From the NCBI RefSeq assembly GCF_006345805.1, contig NW_021824839.1:1-64000 (forward strand): a stretch of DNA of 64,000 bases. Reading direction: 5' to 3'. The notes below the pieces were generated by a model, which saw nothing but the letters and a program-made list of their open reading frames with translations, did not search any database and was not told where the DNA came from. This DNA comes from Octopus sinensis (Eukaryota). Position numbers and translations under genes: made by a program. Positions 1-12,235 of this stretch are shown here, piece after piece. Position 1 is the stretch's first letter; each line of letters opens with the position of its first letter.

Positions 1-410
1 GCTCGACTAAGGTGGTACTCCAGCATGACCACAGTCCAATGACTGAAACAACTGTTCTGCGTTTAAATCTCACCGAGGTTTAAATCGCCTTTCTATATAC
101 CAGAGTCGAAACAATATGCGCCATTTTCTGCTGTGTGGCCCATGGTCAAGCACGCCTTTTGGAGCATATTTATGATCAAAGGCTTTCTGATCCTAACCAC
201 GCCATCATTTATTGCCTCAAGGGCGACATTGTACGTTGTGTTCTCTTTTTTAAAGTGATTCGTGGAATTCTAGTTGCTATTTGTAAATGGTGGAATGTAC
301 ACGCAAATGCTCTTTCGTTAATTAATAGCACAGAAGGTTTGAGATAGAATTAAGCAAAATATTGTGATCTCCTGCTCATACAGACAACAATTATTATTAG
401 GGTTATTATG

Positions 411-1095
411 AGGCGGCGAGCTGGCGAAATTGTTACCGTGCCCTACAAAATGTTTAGAGGCATTTTTTCATCCGCCTTCACGTTCTGAGTTCAAATTCCG
501 CCGAAGTCCACTTTGCCTTTCATCCTTTCGAGGTCGATAAAATAAGTACCAGTGAAGCACTGGGGTTGATGATATCGACTTAGACCTTCTAAAATTCTTA
601 GCCTTGAACCAAAATTTGAGACCATTATTAGGGTCCATTGAGACCATTATTATATAAAAGATTTTTTAAAATCGTTATTACAGTATTATAGGAAAACGGC
701 GGGTTGGTAGAACCGTTAGCACGTCGGGCAGAATGCTTATCAGCATTTCGTTTATCTTTACATTCAATTTCCGTCGAAGTCGACTTTGCACCTCAGACTT
801 TCGGGGTCGATGAAATAAATACCAGTTGAGCACAGTAGTCGATATAATCAAATTCACCCCTCTACAATGAAAAGCGGAAAGTAATTGATCGTTTCGTGTG
901 TCCTAAGTACAGTACCGTAAGCCAACACACGCGAGTGATTATAACTTGTAACATGTTCCATGCTTCCGTCGAGGTCGACTTTGTCGTTCATCCTTTCGAG
1001 GTTGATAAATTAAGCACCAGTTGCGTACTGGGGTCGAGCTAATCCACCGGCCCCTTCCCCCAAAATTTCGAGCCTTGTGCCTAGAGTAGAAAAAA
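411..1095 (+). mobile_element. Cluster of three SINE family B copies (short-tail form)
   Basis: GGCGGCGAGCTGGC head, B box GAGTTCAAATTCC, and central GCCTTTCATCCTTTCGRGGTCGATAAAATAAGTACC. Copies lie at about 411, 695 and 960. Confidence 0.8.
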
Positions 1096-1527
1096 CATGT
1101 TCCTTGCTTTCCTTCATTGTTTCAGGTAATTATGGAGTCGCGAACACACTTGGAAAATCATTAAAGACCTTCACATTTGACTGAGCATAACATTTAGGTT
1201 GTGAGAGCTGGAAGAATTTAGGGGAAGCACCAAAACCTAACTTGTTGTCATTAAAGAAGAGTAAAGTAGAGACAGGTCAAATGAGGTGCCTTGCTCAAAG
1301 ACAAAACATGCCATTCCATTCAAAGACTAATACCACGACCATCTAATCATGAGAAGAACCGCGAAACCACTGGTAACCAGTATATGTGATTCTAGAATTA
1401 CATATATTGGATAGCAGAAGTAACATTACTTAAAATAGAGCAAGCCTCTATAAGAAAACCCACAGGAGCTTGTGCGTGTGCATTGCGTCTGTGTTTGTAT
1501 TTATACAAACCCACGCACACACACACA

Positions 1528-1560
<33 letters not shown>

Positions 1561-1562
1561 GG

Positions 1563-1700
1563 AACAGGAAATATCAACCAAGTACCTGATGCACAAAAGG
1601 GACAGAGATGCAGGTAAAGCCGTAAAGTGAGATAACCGATGCAGATTTTGTGGATTTCATACTGAAGATATCACCCACATCGTAAGCAGTTGTCCTAAAA
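1563..1700 (+). repeat. ~138-bp direct duplicate of 2474-2612 (LINE CCHC fragment)
   Basis: Near-identical sequence. Both copies end at aaaatc followed by (CT)n then (AT)n. Confidence 0.9.
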
Positions 1701-1803
1701 TCTCTCTCTCTCTCTCTCTCTCTCTAAATATATATATATATATATATATATATGCCATTATCTACTCCTCTCGCTCTCTCCCTCTCTATCTATCTCACTC
1801 TAC

Positions 1804-1835
<32 letters not shown>

Positions 1836-1911
1836 ATACATTTATATATGTATAAGTGTATATGTATACATGCATGAATGTATGTATGCATGCTGTATAT
1901 GTGTGTGTGTG

Positions 1912-1994
<83 letters not shown>

Positions 1995-2339
1995 CTCACG
2001 AGACATTGAATGTCTGCAAAGTGGCCAACTTACTTGAAATAGAGCCATGAACTTGATCTGCCAAAAGCAAATGAAAGTCAGGCTGAGTTTTATGTACCCG
2101 AGATACTAATATTTCTTTATTTCGTATAATCGTGACAATAAAGTCACGAGGTATGAAAATTCGGTGGAGCGACATCGGAATTCAAGTCTTCCCAACTTAA
2201 CCGCATTACTATACTGCCAAAGTTTCAATAATCACAACCAAGTCCGTTTTAAGGGCCATAAATTTATAATGTTTCAAAAAAAAAAAGAGTCTACAAGATA
2301 ACAGGAAGGCAGCCCCTTGAGCAACACTCTTTGATAACC

Positions 2340-2611
2340 TAGTCGCACGACTCTACCGTAACATATCATCAGATGAAAGGATGAGCCTATATGAGCAGAA
2401 GACTATGCATTGATATGTCTAGAAAGCTCCGTGATAATAGTAACATCGAACATCAAAACATTTGCAATCCAGTAACAGGAAATATCAACCAAGTACCTGA
2501 TGCACAAAAGGGATAGAGATGCAGATAAAGCCGTAAAGTGAGATAACCGATGCAGATTATGTGGATTTCATACTGAAGATATCACCCACATCGTAAGCAG
2601 TTGTCCTAAAA

Positions 2612-2612
<1 letters not shown>
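2340..2612 (+). mobile_element. Degraded RLE-type LINE fragment (R4/NeSL-like, KxMHG to CCHC knuckle)
   Basis: Translates as QKTMH*YV...FAIQ*QEISTKYL...DNRCRFCGFHTEDITHIVSSCPK, which is the C-x2-C..H..C knuckle region of RLE-bearing LINEs. Confidence 0.7.
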
Positions 2613-2645
<33 letters not shown>

Positions 2646-2712
2646 TTCTCCTCTCTCTCTCTCTCTCTCTTCTCTCCTCTCTATATATATATATATTTAT
2701 ATATATATATAT

Positions 2713-3553
2713 ACATTATTGGTGAATTGAAGAAATGGAGCTGAACGCAGATTGAACAGAAATCGTTTTTATCATTCTACACGTGTTTCGAAGGCACAAA
2801 TTACCAAAATCCGATTGAATAATGGACCATATTGTGTCTTTCTCTTCAGGAAGAAAAAAGGAAATCCGTTGGAAAAACAAAAACAGAACAGAGGCGGAGC
2901 AAAAAACAATCGAACTGTGCTCCTAAGAGCCCATGGCGAAACTGTTTATCAGTGTATGTTGAGAACCGGTGGCTGAAGAATTCAACGGGTCAGGCATCGG
3001 TCAATCATGTGGGTGAGGGTGTATAGATGTTCTTTGTGACCGAGAATAAAGTTCTGACTATTTAAGGAATATTGGATGTTTTATAAGGGGCGAAAAAAAA
3101 TCTACTTAGAGACGTGTGTGTGTGTGTATACTGTTCTATATATGTTCCACACGTCTCTAAGCAGATTTTTTCTCGCCCCTTATAAAACATCCAATATTCC
3201 TTAAATAGTCAGAACTTATTCTCGGTCACAAAGAACATCTATACACCCTCACCCACATGATTGACCGATGCCTGACCCGTTGAATTCTTCAGCCACCGAT
3301 TCTCAACATACACTGTATACAGTTTCGCCATGGCTCTTAGGAGCACAGTTCGATTTGTTTTTTGCTCCGCCTCTGTTCTGTTTTTGTTTTTCCAACGGAT
3401 TTCCTTTTTTCTTCCTGAAAAGAAAGACACAATATGGTCCCATTATTCAATCGGATTTTGGTAATTTGTGCCTTTCGAAACACGTGTAGAATGAAATAAA
3501 ACGATTTCTGTTCAATCTGCGTTCAGCTCCATTTCTTCATTCACCAATAATGT
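2713..3553. repeat. Large palindrome: ~406-bp inverted arms (2713-3118 / 3148-3553)
   Basis: The arms are reverse complements with only scattered substitutions and indels, separated by a spacer of about 30 nt. Confidence 0.97.
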
Positions 3554-3702
3554 TTAATTTCAATTATCCGCACCACGCACGGTTGCAACGCCAGATGGTT
3601 GTACCTCCAACCGTGCTGTTTACTGCTGTGATTTTGCTACTAAGGTATCGGTTAAACTTTTGATTAATCTACTACAAGATTATTCATCTTTCTATTTCAC
3701 AT

Positions 3703-3736
<34 letters not shown>

Positions 3737-3784
3737 TACATATACATATATACATATACATTTATACATATATACATATATACG

Positions 3785-3871
3785 TAATAAATAGGGTTCA
3801 GCAAAGATTTGCTTTACCACATACCGCAATCTTTACCACATACAGCAATCTTTGCTGAACCCTATTTATTA
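3785..3871. repeat. Small fold-back, ~25-bp arms
   Basis: taataaatagggttcagcaaagatt pairs with aatctttgctgaaccctatttatta around a tandemly duplicated spacer. Confidence 0.9.
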
Positions 3872-4129
3872 AGTATTACTCAAGTTTACCATGAAATAGT
3901 CCTTTTTTCATGCCGAATTCTGCTTGGTGAAATTATTGATTGATTCTTAATGAATTAATTTTACCCTTTGTTATTATATACATATATATATATATATATA
4001 TGTGTGCATATATGAGTAAATATGTGCATACATTTACACACACGCACGCACGCGCACACACTCACACACATATGAAGATGTATACATCTACCCGCAAGCA
4101 CACACATATGCGTTCATACGTACATACAA

Positions 4130-4385
4130 AATGTTTCCTTCTCGAGCCATGTCAGGCTCATGAGGGCCAGCTTCCCGGTTTCAATGGCGTATATATATAT
4201 TCCCTACCTAGACGGGACGCCGGTCTGTCGCAGAATTACTTATTTTTGCCAGCTGAGTGGACTGGAGCAATGTGAAAAGAAGTGTTTTGCTCAGGAACAC
4301 AACGCGTTGCTCAGTCCTGGAATCGAAACCACAATCGTACGATCATGATTCCAACACACTAACTACTAAGCAACACGCCTCCACC
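4130..4385 (-). mobile_element. SINE: tRNA head + CORE-like + V-like + family C tail
   Basis: Minus strand gttgtgttcctgagcaaaacactt..ccactcagctg (CORE-like), then ctgcgacagaccggcgtcccgtc. Confidence 0.75.
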
Positions 4386-4630
4386 ATACATACATACATT
4401 TTTTTCCCTGCCAAGCTATATCCAGACTATAATTACAAGAATATGAGGCGTTTCTGTTGAACCGAGACTGCTGTTTCGGCTTCGAATTCCGGTCGGAAGC
4501 ATTTTACTTCACATGCGTCAACAAAGCCCTTGGGTAATGATTGAATGTAATGCAATACTCCTCTCCCCTTCCCCACTACAAAAACCTCTGATACACCATG
4601 CCTATACGTAACTATGTCATATATTCCTTT

Positions 4631-4679
<49 letters not shown>

Positions 4680-5218
4680 TTATATATGTTCTTAACCGAA
4701 TATTTTAACAGAGATTATGAGATTTTGTTTTGACAAATAGTTTAAAAAAGCACAACGAAAAAAAAAATGAAATAACTCGTTTAATGTATTTCAGAAAAGT
4801 AAAAACCAAGATATATAATTTTTCTTAGCTGGGTATTCCCATTAGTATCGGAGTATTTTATATAATATTAGTGTTTAAATACTGTCTTACGTATGTGACA
4901 TCTGGCACATACGAATTTAAATATATTCAGTGCAGACATATATATAAACACTCCCATGCATGCATATGTGTGCGCGTTTGAGCGTCTATGTGTGTGCGTG
5001 TGAGTTTGTAAATATATACAACAACAACAACAACAACAACAATAATAATAACAATAATAATAATAATAATGATGATAATATTTTATAAGCGATCACCGTG
5101 TAATGACTAAAGAAACTAATTTAATGTTGGGGCATATTAGCCCTCGACGGAAAAAATAGGGTTTTCGTACACATTAGTCCATACTCAATGATCGCTTAAA
5201 ACCTTTAAACTTATAAGA

Positions 5219-5291
<73 letters not shown>

Positions 5292-5539
5292 ATTATTATT
5301 ATTATTATTATTATTTACAGAATTGTAAAATTCGAAGCTGCTTACCAAAAACCATCGCATATATATATATATATACATTCATACATACATACATACATAC
5401 ATACATACATACATACATACATACATACATACATACGTACATACATACATACATACATACCGGTCGTTTCATCATGTTGAACCGTTAATCCTGACACAAA
5501 TCTTGTCTCTCTCCATTTATTTTCTTTCTCTCTCCATTC

Positions 5540-5680
5540 GTTACCTCTCGCAACTTTCTGTCGACGGGCGTAGACTCGAAACGTCAAAAACTTTTCCATT
5601 CTTCCTGAGCGTCAAACCAATACACTTGCTTGTTGTTCCCTCATCCGTCGCTGTCTTTTTGTTTTCTGAGTTTGAACCAT
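5540..5680 (+). mobile_element. Penelope-like pLTR remnant, highly degenerate hammerhead
   Basis: CTGTCGA..GTAG..CTCGAAACGTC at 5558-5585, followed by an ttcctgagcgtc tail like the 53200 copy. Confidence 0.45.
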
Positions 5681-5689
5681 ATATATATA

Positions 5690-5740
<51 letters not shown>

Positions 5741-5745
5741 TATAT

Positions 5746-5798
<53 letters not shown>

Positions 5799-5799
5799 G

Positions 5800-6100
5800 C
5801 AATGGCTCAGTGGTTAGGGCGAGTGAACTCGCGGTTGTAGGATCGCGGTTTCGATTCCCAGACCAGGCGTTGAGAGTGTTTATTGAGCGAAAACATCTAA
5901 AGCTCCACGAGGCTCCAGCAGGGGGTGGTGGCGATCCCTGCTGTACTCTTTCGCCGCAACTTTCTCTCACTCTTTCTTCTGTTGGCCTGCTCGCTTAGCC
6001 AGTGGGTTGGCGTCATTTGAAGGCGAAAACAATGCGAAGCGCATTGTGACCAGCGATGTGTAGCAACATCTGATAGCCTGGTCGGTCACGGTGATCACGG
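5800..6100 (+). mobile_element. SINE: family C head and body with an alternative tail
   Basis: Shares about the first 170 bp with family C. The tail cattgtgaccagcgatgtgt..catctgatagcc recurs at about 29810 and 41510. Confidence 0.85.
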
Positions 6101-6482
6101 TGATATATATGTATGTATGTATGAGAGATGAAAGTAGTAATATGTATAAATAACAAGCAAAGTAGCTGTAGGAGATTAAATTAGTAACTGCACCGAGAAG
6201 TAATGTTTATCGCCTCTTCAAAATGGTTGTTCCGTGGGAACGACGTTTGTACCATTTTTAACCGCTGGTTACCGATGCAATCTGCACCCAACATATATTG
6301 CAAGCAAGATATTTATCGGGTGCAGATGGCACTGATAACCAGGCGTTCTCCTGGGGTTAAAAACGATAGTGACATCGTTCTAACGGTACAGCCATGTTGA
6401 CGTGGCGATAAATATTACTTCAATACACATACGTACATACATACATACATACATACATACACACACACATACATACATACAT

Positions 6483-6513
<31 letters not shown>

Positions 6514-6541
6514 TACATACATACATACATACATACATACA

Positions 6542-6572
<31 letters not shown>

Positions 6573-6894
6573 GCATATATGTTAGCTATTAGCGGCGAAA
6601 ACATTCTTTTACTCTTTTAGTTGTTTCAGTCAATTGACTGTGGTCATGCTGGAGCACCACCTTAGTCGAGCAAATCGATCTCCAGGACTTATTCTTTGTA
6701 AGCCTAGTACTTATTTTATCGGTCTCTTTTGCCGAACCAGCATCGTTGTCAAGCGATGTTGAGGGAGACAAACACAGACACACAAACATACACACACACA
6801 TACGAATTGTTTTGAACTATCCAGCGACAAGAAATTGAAGTAATTAACTGCGCTTGATGATACTTTGAATTCATCTTGAGTCCTGAATATTTAC

Positions 6895-7050
6895 ATTATT
6901 TACATTATTTACAATTGACGGATATTTGTCCTCATCTTTTTTGTTGTTAACACAACGTTTCGGCCGATGCACCCTCCAGCCTTCATCAGGTGTCTTGGGA
7001 GAAATTTCGAACCTGGGTTCTCATTCCTAAGGTATTTTTCGATATCCTCC
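6895..7050 (-). mobile_element. Penelope-like pLTR remnant carrying a hammerhead ribozyme
   Basis: Same family as 53637-53830, with an intact hammerhead core. Confidence 0.75.
6949..6994 (-). ncRNA. Type I minimal (dimer-type) hammerhead ribozyme, intact core
   Basis: Minus strand: GACAC-CTGATGA-A-GGCTG(10-nt loop)CGGCC-GAA-ACGT-T-GTGTT. Stem I has 5 bp, stem II has 5 bp, and stem III is the palindrome ACGT. Confidence 0.8.
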
Positions 7051-7065
7051 TCCTCCTCCTCCTCC

Positions 7066-7157
<92 letters not shown>

Positions 7158-7489
7158 CATTATTATTATTATTCAAGTCACTGAATGTTATTATGCAACT
7201 TATCGTGTGATAACATCGTTGGCGTAGAGAGGGGAGGCTGGTATGCATGGGCAACTACTGGTTTTCTATAAACACCCTTGCTCGGGCTTGTGCCTCGGAT
7301 TGTAATTTTCTAATTACAATGTCATGGTCATTCATGACCGAAGAGGGTCTTTACCCTTTAACCTTTTATTTTTACATTTCGTCTAATTTGCTCTTGCGCC
7401 TAATACTGTTGTCACATCTGCGCTAAATTCCCTGCTTGTGTTCTTTTCTTGGTCAAGTTCAGAAGCGATTTTCTAACATTTTAGTTCAG

Positions 7490-7800
7490 TGGAGGCACAT
7501 GGCCTAGTGGTTAGAGCAGTGGACTCGTGGTCGAGGGATCGCGGGTTCGAATCTCAGACCGGGCGATGTGTGTGTTTATGAGCGAAACACTTAAGCTCCA
7601 CGCGGCTCCGGCAGAAGGTAATAGCGAAACTTCTTCTGACTCTTTCGCCACAACTTTCTCTCACTCTTTCCTCCTGCATCTTGCAGCTCACCTGCGACGG
7701 ACCGGCGTCCCGTCCAGGTGGGGAACCTATACGCCAAGAAACGAGGAAACCGGCCCTTATGAGCCAGGCATGGCTTGAAAAGGAACAAACAACAAACATT
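7490..7800 (+). mobile_element. SINE family C (tRNA-Arg-like head, V-domain-like body)
   Basis: Head GGCCTAGTGGTTAGAGCAG..GGTTCGAATC, body CTGCGACGGACCGGCGTCCCGTCCAGG, and an (AAC)n tail. Confidence 0.88.
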
Positions 7801-8293
7801 TCAGTTCTATTTTGACAGCTAAACTTCTCTCGCTCAAATCCGGGACATTCCCTTGTCTGAATTCTATAAATACTTACATGGTTATTGTTCTGCGAATTTA
7901 TTGATCTCTTAAGTTTATCGATCGAGTGACTCTCATCATTTCACCACTGTTGTCTCCTTCTCCTGCAAGAAGTGTTGTGTTTCTACTTTGGTAGTTTTGT
8001 CCCTACATAAATACACTCTTTGATCTTTTGAATCTTGTATTGATTGTTTTATGGTATTTGGCGCAATTTCATAGTAATATTTGTCTTTCTCTTTCTTTTA
8101 TAACTCCCGAAATATTAAGTAGCTGCTGGAGGCCTATTTTATTGTCGGTTGTTTGCCATCTTCTCAAGCATGGCTTCCAATAATATAATTTAATATATGT
8201 CCATTCATCCATCCATCCATCCACCCGCCTGTCTTTGGCTATCTACCTGCTTATTACGCACCAGTCTGTCTATCTGTCTATCTGTCTGTCTGC

Positions 8294-8390
<97 letters not shown>

Positions 8391-8527
8391 ATTTTTCTTT
8401 CTGTCTGTATGTCGACGTATGATGAATATGTGAAATACATTAAAATGCATACAAGAATACAGAGATGTTTACACACATATAGATATGAATATATGTATGC
8501 AAGCATGTTTGTATATAGCACACACAC

Positions 8528-8558
<31 letters not shown>

Positions 8559-8820
8559 GACACAGACGCACGCACGCACACACACACGCACGCACACACG
8601 CACACACACATCACTTCTCCCAAAAGCCTACATGATGTCATCACCTGGTCGAGCTTGCTAAGACACCTACATAAAGTAGACGTCCCAAAGTACGGATGCT
8701 AGGAACAATATCACCATCACCAGCGAATTCGTTTTTTCCACATACATTTTGCGACTTGTAGATTTTTTTCCAGCAGCGTATTTTTCATATAGTTTTCTAT
8801 GGTTATTCTAAATATTCGCA

Positions 8821-9207
8821 GGCGCAGGAGTGGCTGTGTGGTCAGTAGCTTGCTAACCAACCACATGGTTCCGGGTTCAGTCCCACTGCGTGGCATCTTG
8901 GGCAAGTGTCTTCTGCTATAGCCCCGGGCCGACCAATGCCTTCTGAGTGGATTTGGTAGACGGAAACTGAAAGAAGCCTGTCGTATATATGTATTATATA
9001 TATATATATATGTGTATGTCTGTGTTTGTCCCCCTAGCATTGCTTGACAATCGATGGTGGTGTGTTTACGTCTCCGTAACTTAGCGGTTCGGCAAAGGAG
9101 GCCGATAAAATAAGTACTGGGCTTACAAAGAATAAGTCCCGGGGTCGATTTGCTCGACTAAAGGCGATGCTCCAGCATGGCCGCAGTCAAATGACTGAAA
9201 CAAGTAC
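8821..9207 (+). mobile_element. SINE family A (tRNA head + CORE-like + internal AT/GT microsatellite + 3' tail)
   Basis: A box TGGCTGTGTGG, B box GGTTCAGTCCC, CORE-like TTGGGCAAGT, and a conserved tail ...GGCCGCAGTCAAATGACTGAAAC. Confidence 0.9.
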
Positions 9208-9754
9208 AAGATTCCAACTTAACCTGTTAAGTATTAATTCTCTTGTGAGAAACATTAACCTCATATGCAAACACATGTGACTGATTTGTTCACCTCATAA
9301 CCGCAGACATGTCTGATGTCTGCGTGGTTAAGAAGCTCGCTTAGCTGCCTAGTGGTTTCAGGTTCAGTCCCACAGCTGCACGGCACCTTGTTTTTTCTGC
9401 TATAGTCTCGAACTGACCAATGGCTTGCGTGCGAATTTGGTTGATGGAAACTGTAAGAAAGCTAATCTGTACAAATACACGCACGCACACACACACATAC
9501 ACACACACACACACACCACACACACACACACACAACACACACACACACCCACACAAACACGCAGAGTTGAATAAGCAACAGAAAGTCCTCGGTATAGTTA
9601 TAGTATTATATTTGACAAATTGATATTAGGACACCTAATAACTTGTAAACATCTAATTATTAAGGTGGAAAAAGATTATAAAAAAAAGCCATATCTATTC
9701 ATTTTCATTATATTATATATATATATATATAATATATATATATATAAATATATT

Positions 9755-10520
9755 TAAAGATAGATAAGGCCGGTCTTTGGGATTACCCTGGGTTTCACGC
9801 CTATAAAGCGTTTAATTTTACAGGGTATCATCAGACTCCGTAAACCTGTTGGCACATGGCCTATCTAGCAAGTGGCCTCTCTAGAAAATGGAGAAGGAAA
9901 AGACTTCGTTACTCTATGTTAATAACAGGGGATTGTTTCTTTTATGCTGTTATTTGTAATCGGAATACCGTATACCGGATACCAAATAGAAAATACGCTA
10001 TATCATTAGCCAGCCATGTATGGCAGCTGAAGGACGAAGGAATTCCACACGTAATATCATGGAGAATCCTAGAAAATCCAGGACCCTAAACAAACAGTAC
10101 AAATTGTTGTAAACTGTGCATAGCCGAACGGGCGAGTATATTAGTGGACTTCATCGATCCGGGAAACATCCTTAACTCCAGAATGGAAGTCTTCGGACCC
10201 ACTATGCACTTCAGGAAAATCCTGCTGGTGTCCTGGGACCCACACGATAACAGAGTCAATTACGAATAACAGCCGAAGGAAGGAATCTTCATAGAGTAAC
10301 CAAGTCTTTTCCTCCTCCATTTTCTAGAGAGGTCACTTGCTAGAGAGGCCATGTGCCAACAGGTTTGGCGTTCGATGATACACTGTTAAACTAAACGCTT
10401 TTTGATACGCTGTAAATCTAAACCTATTGGTAATCTCATAGACTGGCCTTATCTGTCTTTATACTACCCTGCTCTATAACTTAGAGTATGCTTCTTTTAC
10501 TGATTATATAGAAGGGTGTG
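9755..10520 (+). mobile_element. Penelope-like element remnant with inverted pLTR
   Basis: The plus strand reads SLASHVWQLKD...ISWRILE, then NCCKLCIAERASIL...LNSRMEVF in a shifted frame, matching the PLE GIY-YIG C-terminal region. 9757-9915 is an inverted copy of about 10290-10460. Confidence 0.75.
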
Positions 10521-10554
10521 TAATGTTAAATTATTATTAGGGGTTTTTTTTTTT

Positions 10555-10850
10555 GCCGGCAACCGTGGAGAATGGCGACGTACAGTAAAAGAGGGAATAC
10601 AAAAGAGTGACAGAGAGAGAGAGGAGAAATGGAAAGAAAGGAAGAGACGTAAACAAGAGACTATGGCACTACAACCAGCCAGGAACAGTCTTCGCTACAT
10701 TTGCGGTACCTGCCAGAGGGAGTGTTTGTCCAGGATAGGACTACACAGCCACAGCAGGAAATGTATCAGGACATGACATATAAAAGCCAGACTAGACTAC
10801 TTCATGCGCAACTCCATTGTCTCCCGAGACAGAAAGGATGCCAATACAAT
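10555..10850 (+). mobile_element. 3' end of an RTE-clade LINE
   Basis: Encodes NRGEWRRTVKEG...YICGTCQRECLSRIGLHSHSRKC*, the typical RTE C-terminal motif. The tail ccattgtctcccgagacagaaaggatgcc resembles RTE 3' ends. Confidence 0.8.
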
Positions 10851-11192
10851 AGAAGGGTGTATGTGTGTCTGTATGAGTTAGAGGTTAAGTAACCATCTAA
10901 GGGATATTAAATATCCAATATACTACTGGATGTATACCTACGTATTTATATCCAAGTGCTTACTATTGCAGGGCAATATTGCAATTGAATACTAGGTGTG
11001 CGTGTGGGTAAAACAGAAATTTACCCAGGATTTATAAGGCAAATGAGAAAATGGGGAGGATAAACAATCGACGAAGACCAGCCTGTAAACATTCAATTAT
11101 ATCTATTTATTAATTGATTACAATCATATGTGTAAGTGATCCAAATAAACGAATGAAATAGGCAAATAAATAAGTAAATAAATATATAAATA

Positions 11193-11590
11193 GGCGCAGG
11201 AGTGGCTGTGTGGTAAGTAGCTTGTTTACCAACCACATGATTCCGGGTTCAGTCCCACTGCATGGCACCTTGGGCAAGTGTCTTCTACTATAGCCTCGGG
11301 CCGACCAAAGCCTTGTGAGTGGATTTGGTAGACGGAAACTGAAAGAAACCCGTCGTATATATGTATATATGTATATATGTGTGTATGTGTGTGTGTATTT
11401 GTGTGTCTGTGTTTGTCCCCCTAGCATTGCTTGACAACCGATGCTGGTGTGTTTATGTCCCCGTCACTTAGCGGTTCGGCAAAAGAGACCGATAGCATAA
11501 GTACTAGGCTTACAAAGAATAAGTCCTGGGTCGAGTTGCTCGATTAAAAGCGGTGCTCCAGCATGGCCGCAGTCAAATGACTGAAACAAC
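11193..11590 (+). mobile_element. SINE family A
   Basis: Full-length copy. Confidence 0.9.
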
Positions 11591-11839
11591 TAAAAAAAAG
11601 TAAAAATAATAATAAAAAAAAACGAATAAGAATAAGTGTACAAATACTAAGCCCTTACAGCTGTTTCTACCAAGGGGCTGCCAAATCATCCAAGTTTTCC
11701 ACATCACATACGTAATGTACAGGGATGAACAAACATTGGACAGGGGTTGGACAATGGTTGAGCCCCACGGCTTCATCAGAGAGACCAAATTTTTTAGGAA
11801 ACTAACATACTTTACTTTTTACTTTTTTTACTTTTTTTC

Positions 11840-12235
11840 TTGTTTCAGTCATTTGACTGCGGCCATGCTGGAGCACCGCCTTTAGTCGAGCAAATCGACA
11901 CCGGGACTTATTCTTTGTAAGCCCAGTACTTATTCTATCGGTCTCTTTTGCCGAACCGCTAAGTAACGGGGACGTAAACACACCAGCATCGGTTGTCAAG
12001 GAATGCTAGGGGGACGAACACAGACATACACACACACACACATATATATATAAATACATATATACGACAGGCTTCTTTCAGTTTCCGTCTACCAAATCCA
12101 CTCACAAGGCATTGGTCGGCCCGGGGCTATAGCAGAAGACACTTGCCCAAGACGCCACGCAGTGGGACTGAACCCGGACCCATGTGGTTGGTTAGCAAGC
12201 TACTTACCACACAGCCACACAGCCACTCCTGCGCC
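11840..12235 (-). mobile_element. SINE family A
   Basis: Full-length copy, inverted relative to 11193-11590. Confidence 0.9.

Noticed and set aside
135-347. 70-aa ORF in unique sequence
   Set aside because: No motif or clear splice signals, and the length is compatible with chance.
5080-5200. 10-13-bp inverted repeats (TAAGCGATCA) between opposed AAT/ATT tracts
   Set aside because: Too short and no TSD. It could be chance.
7490-7570. tRNA-like sequences at SINE heads
   Set aside because: They have A and B boxes but no complete cloverleaf, and they run into SINE bodies. They are not tRNA genes.
7800-8170. Minus-strand similarity to the N-terminus of RLE-type LINEs
   Set aside because: Only a few residues resemble the motif, which is not enough to call.
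11740-11790. CTGATGA-AGCC-gtgg-GGCT on the minus strand as a hammerhead
   Set aside because: No GAAA follows. It reads as FSDEA codons, so it is more likely a DDE transposase scrap.
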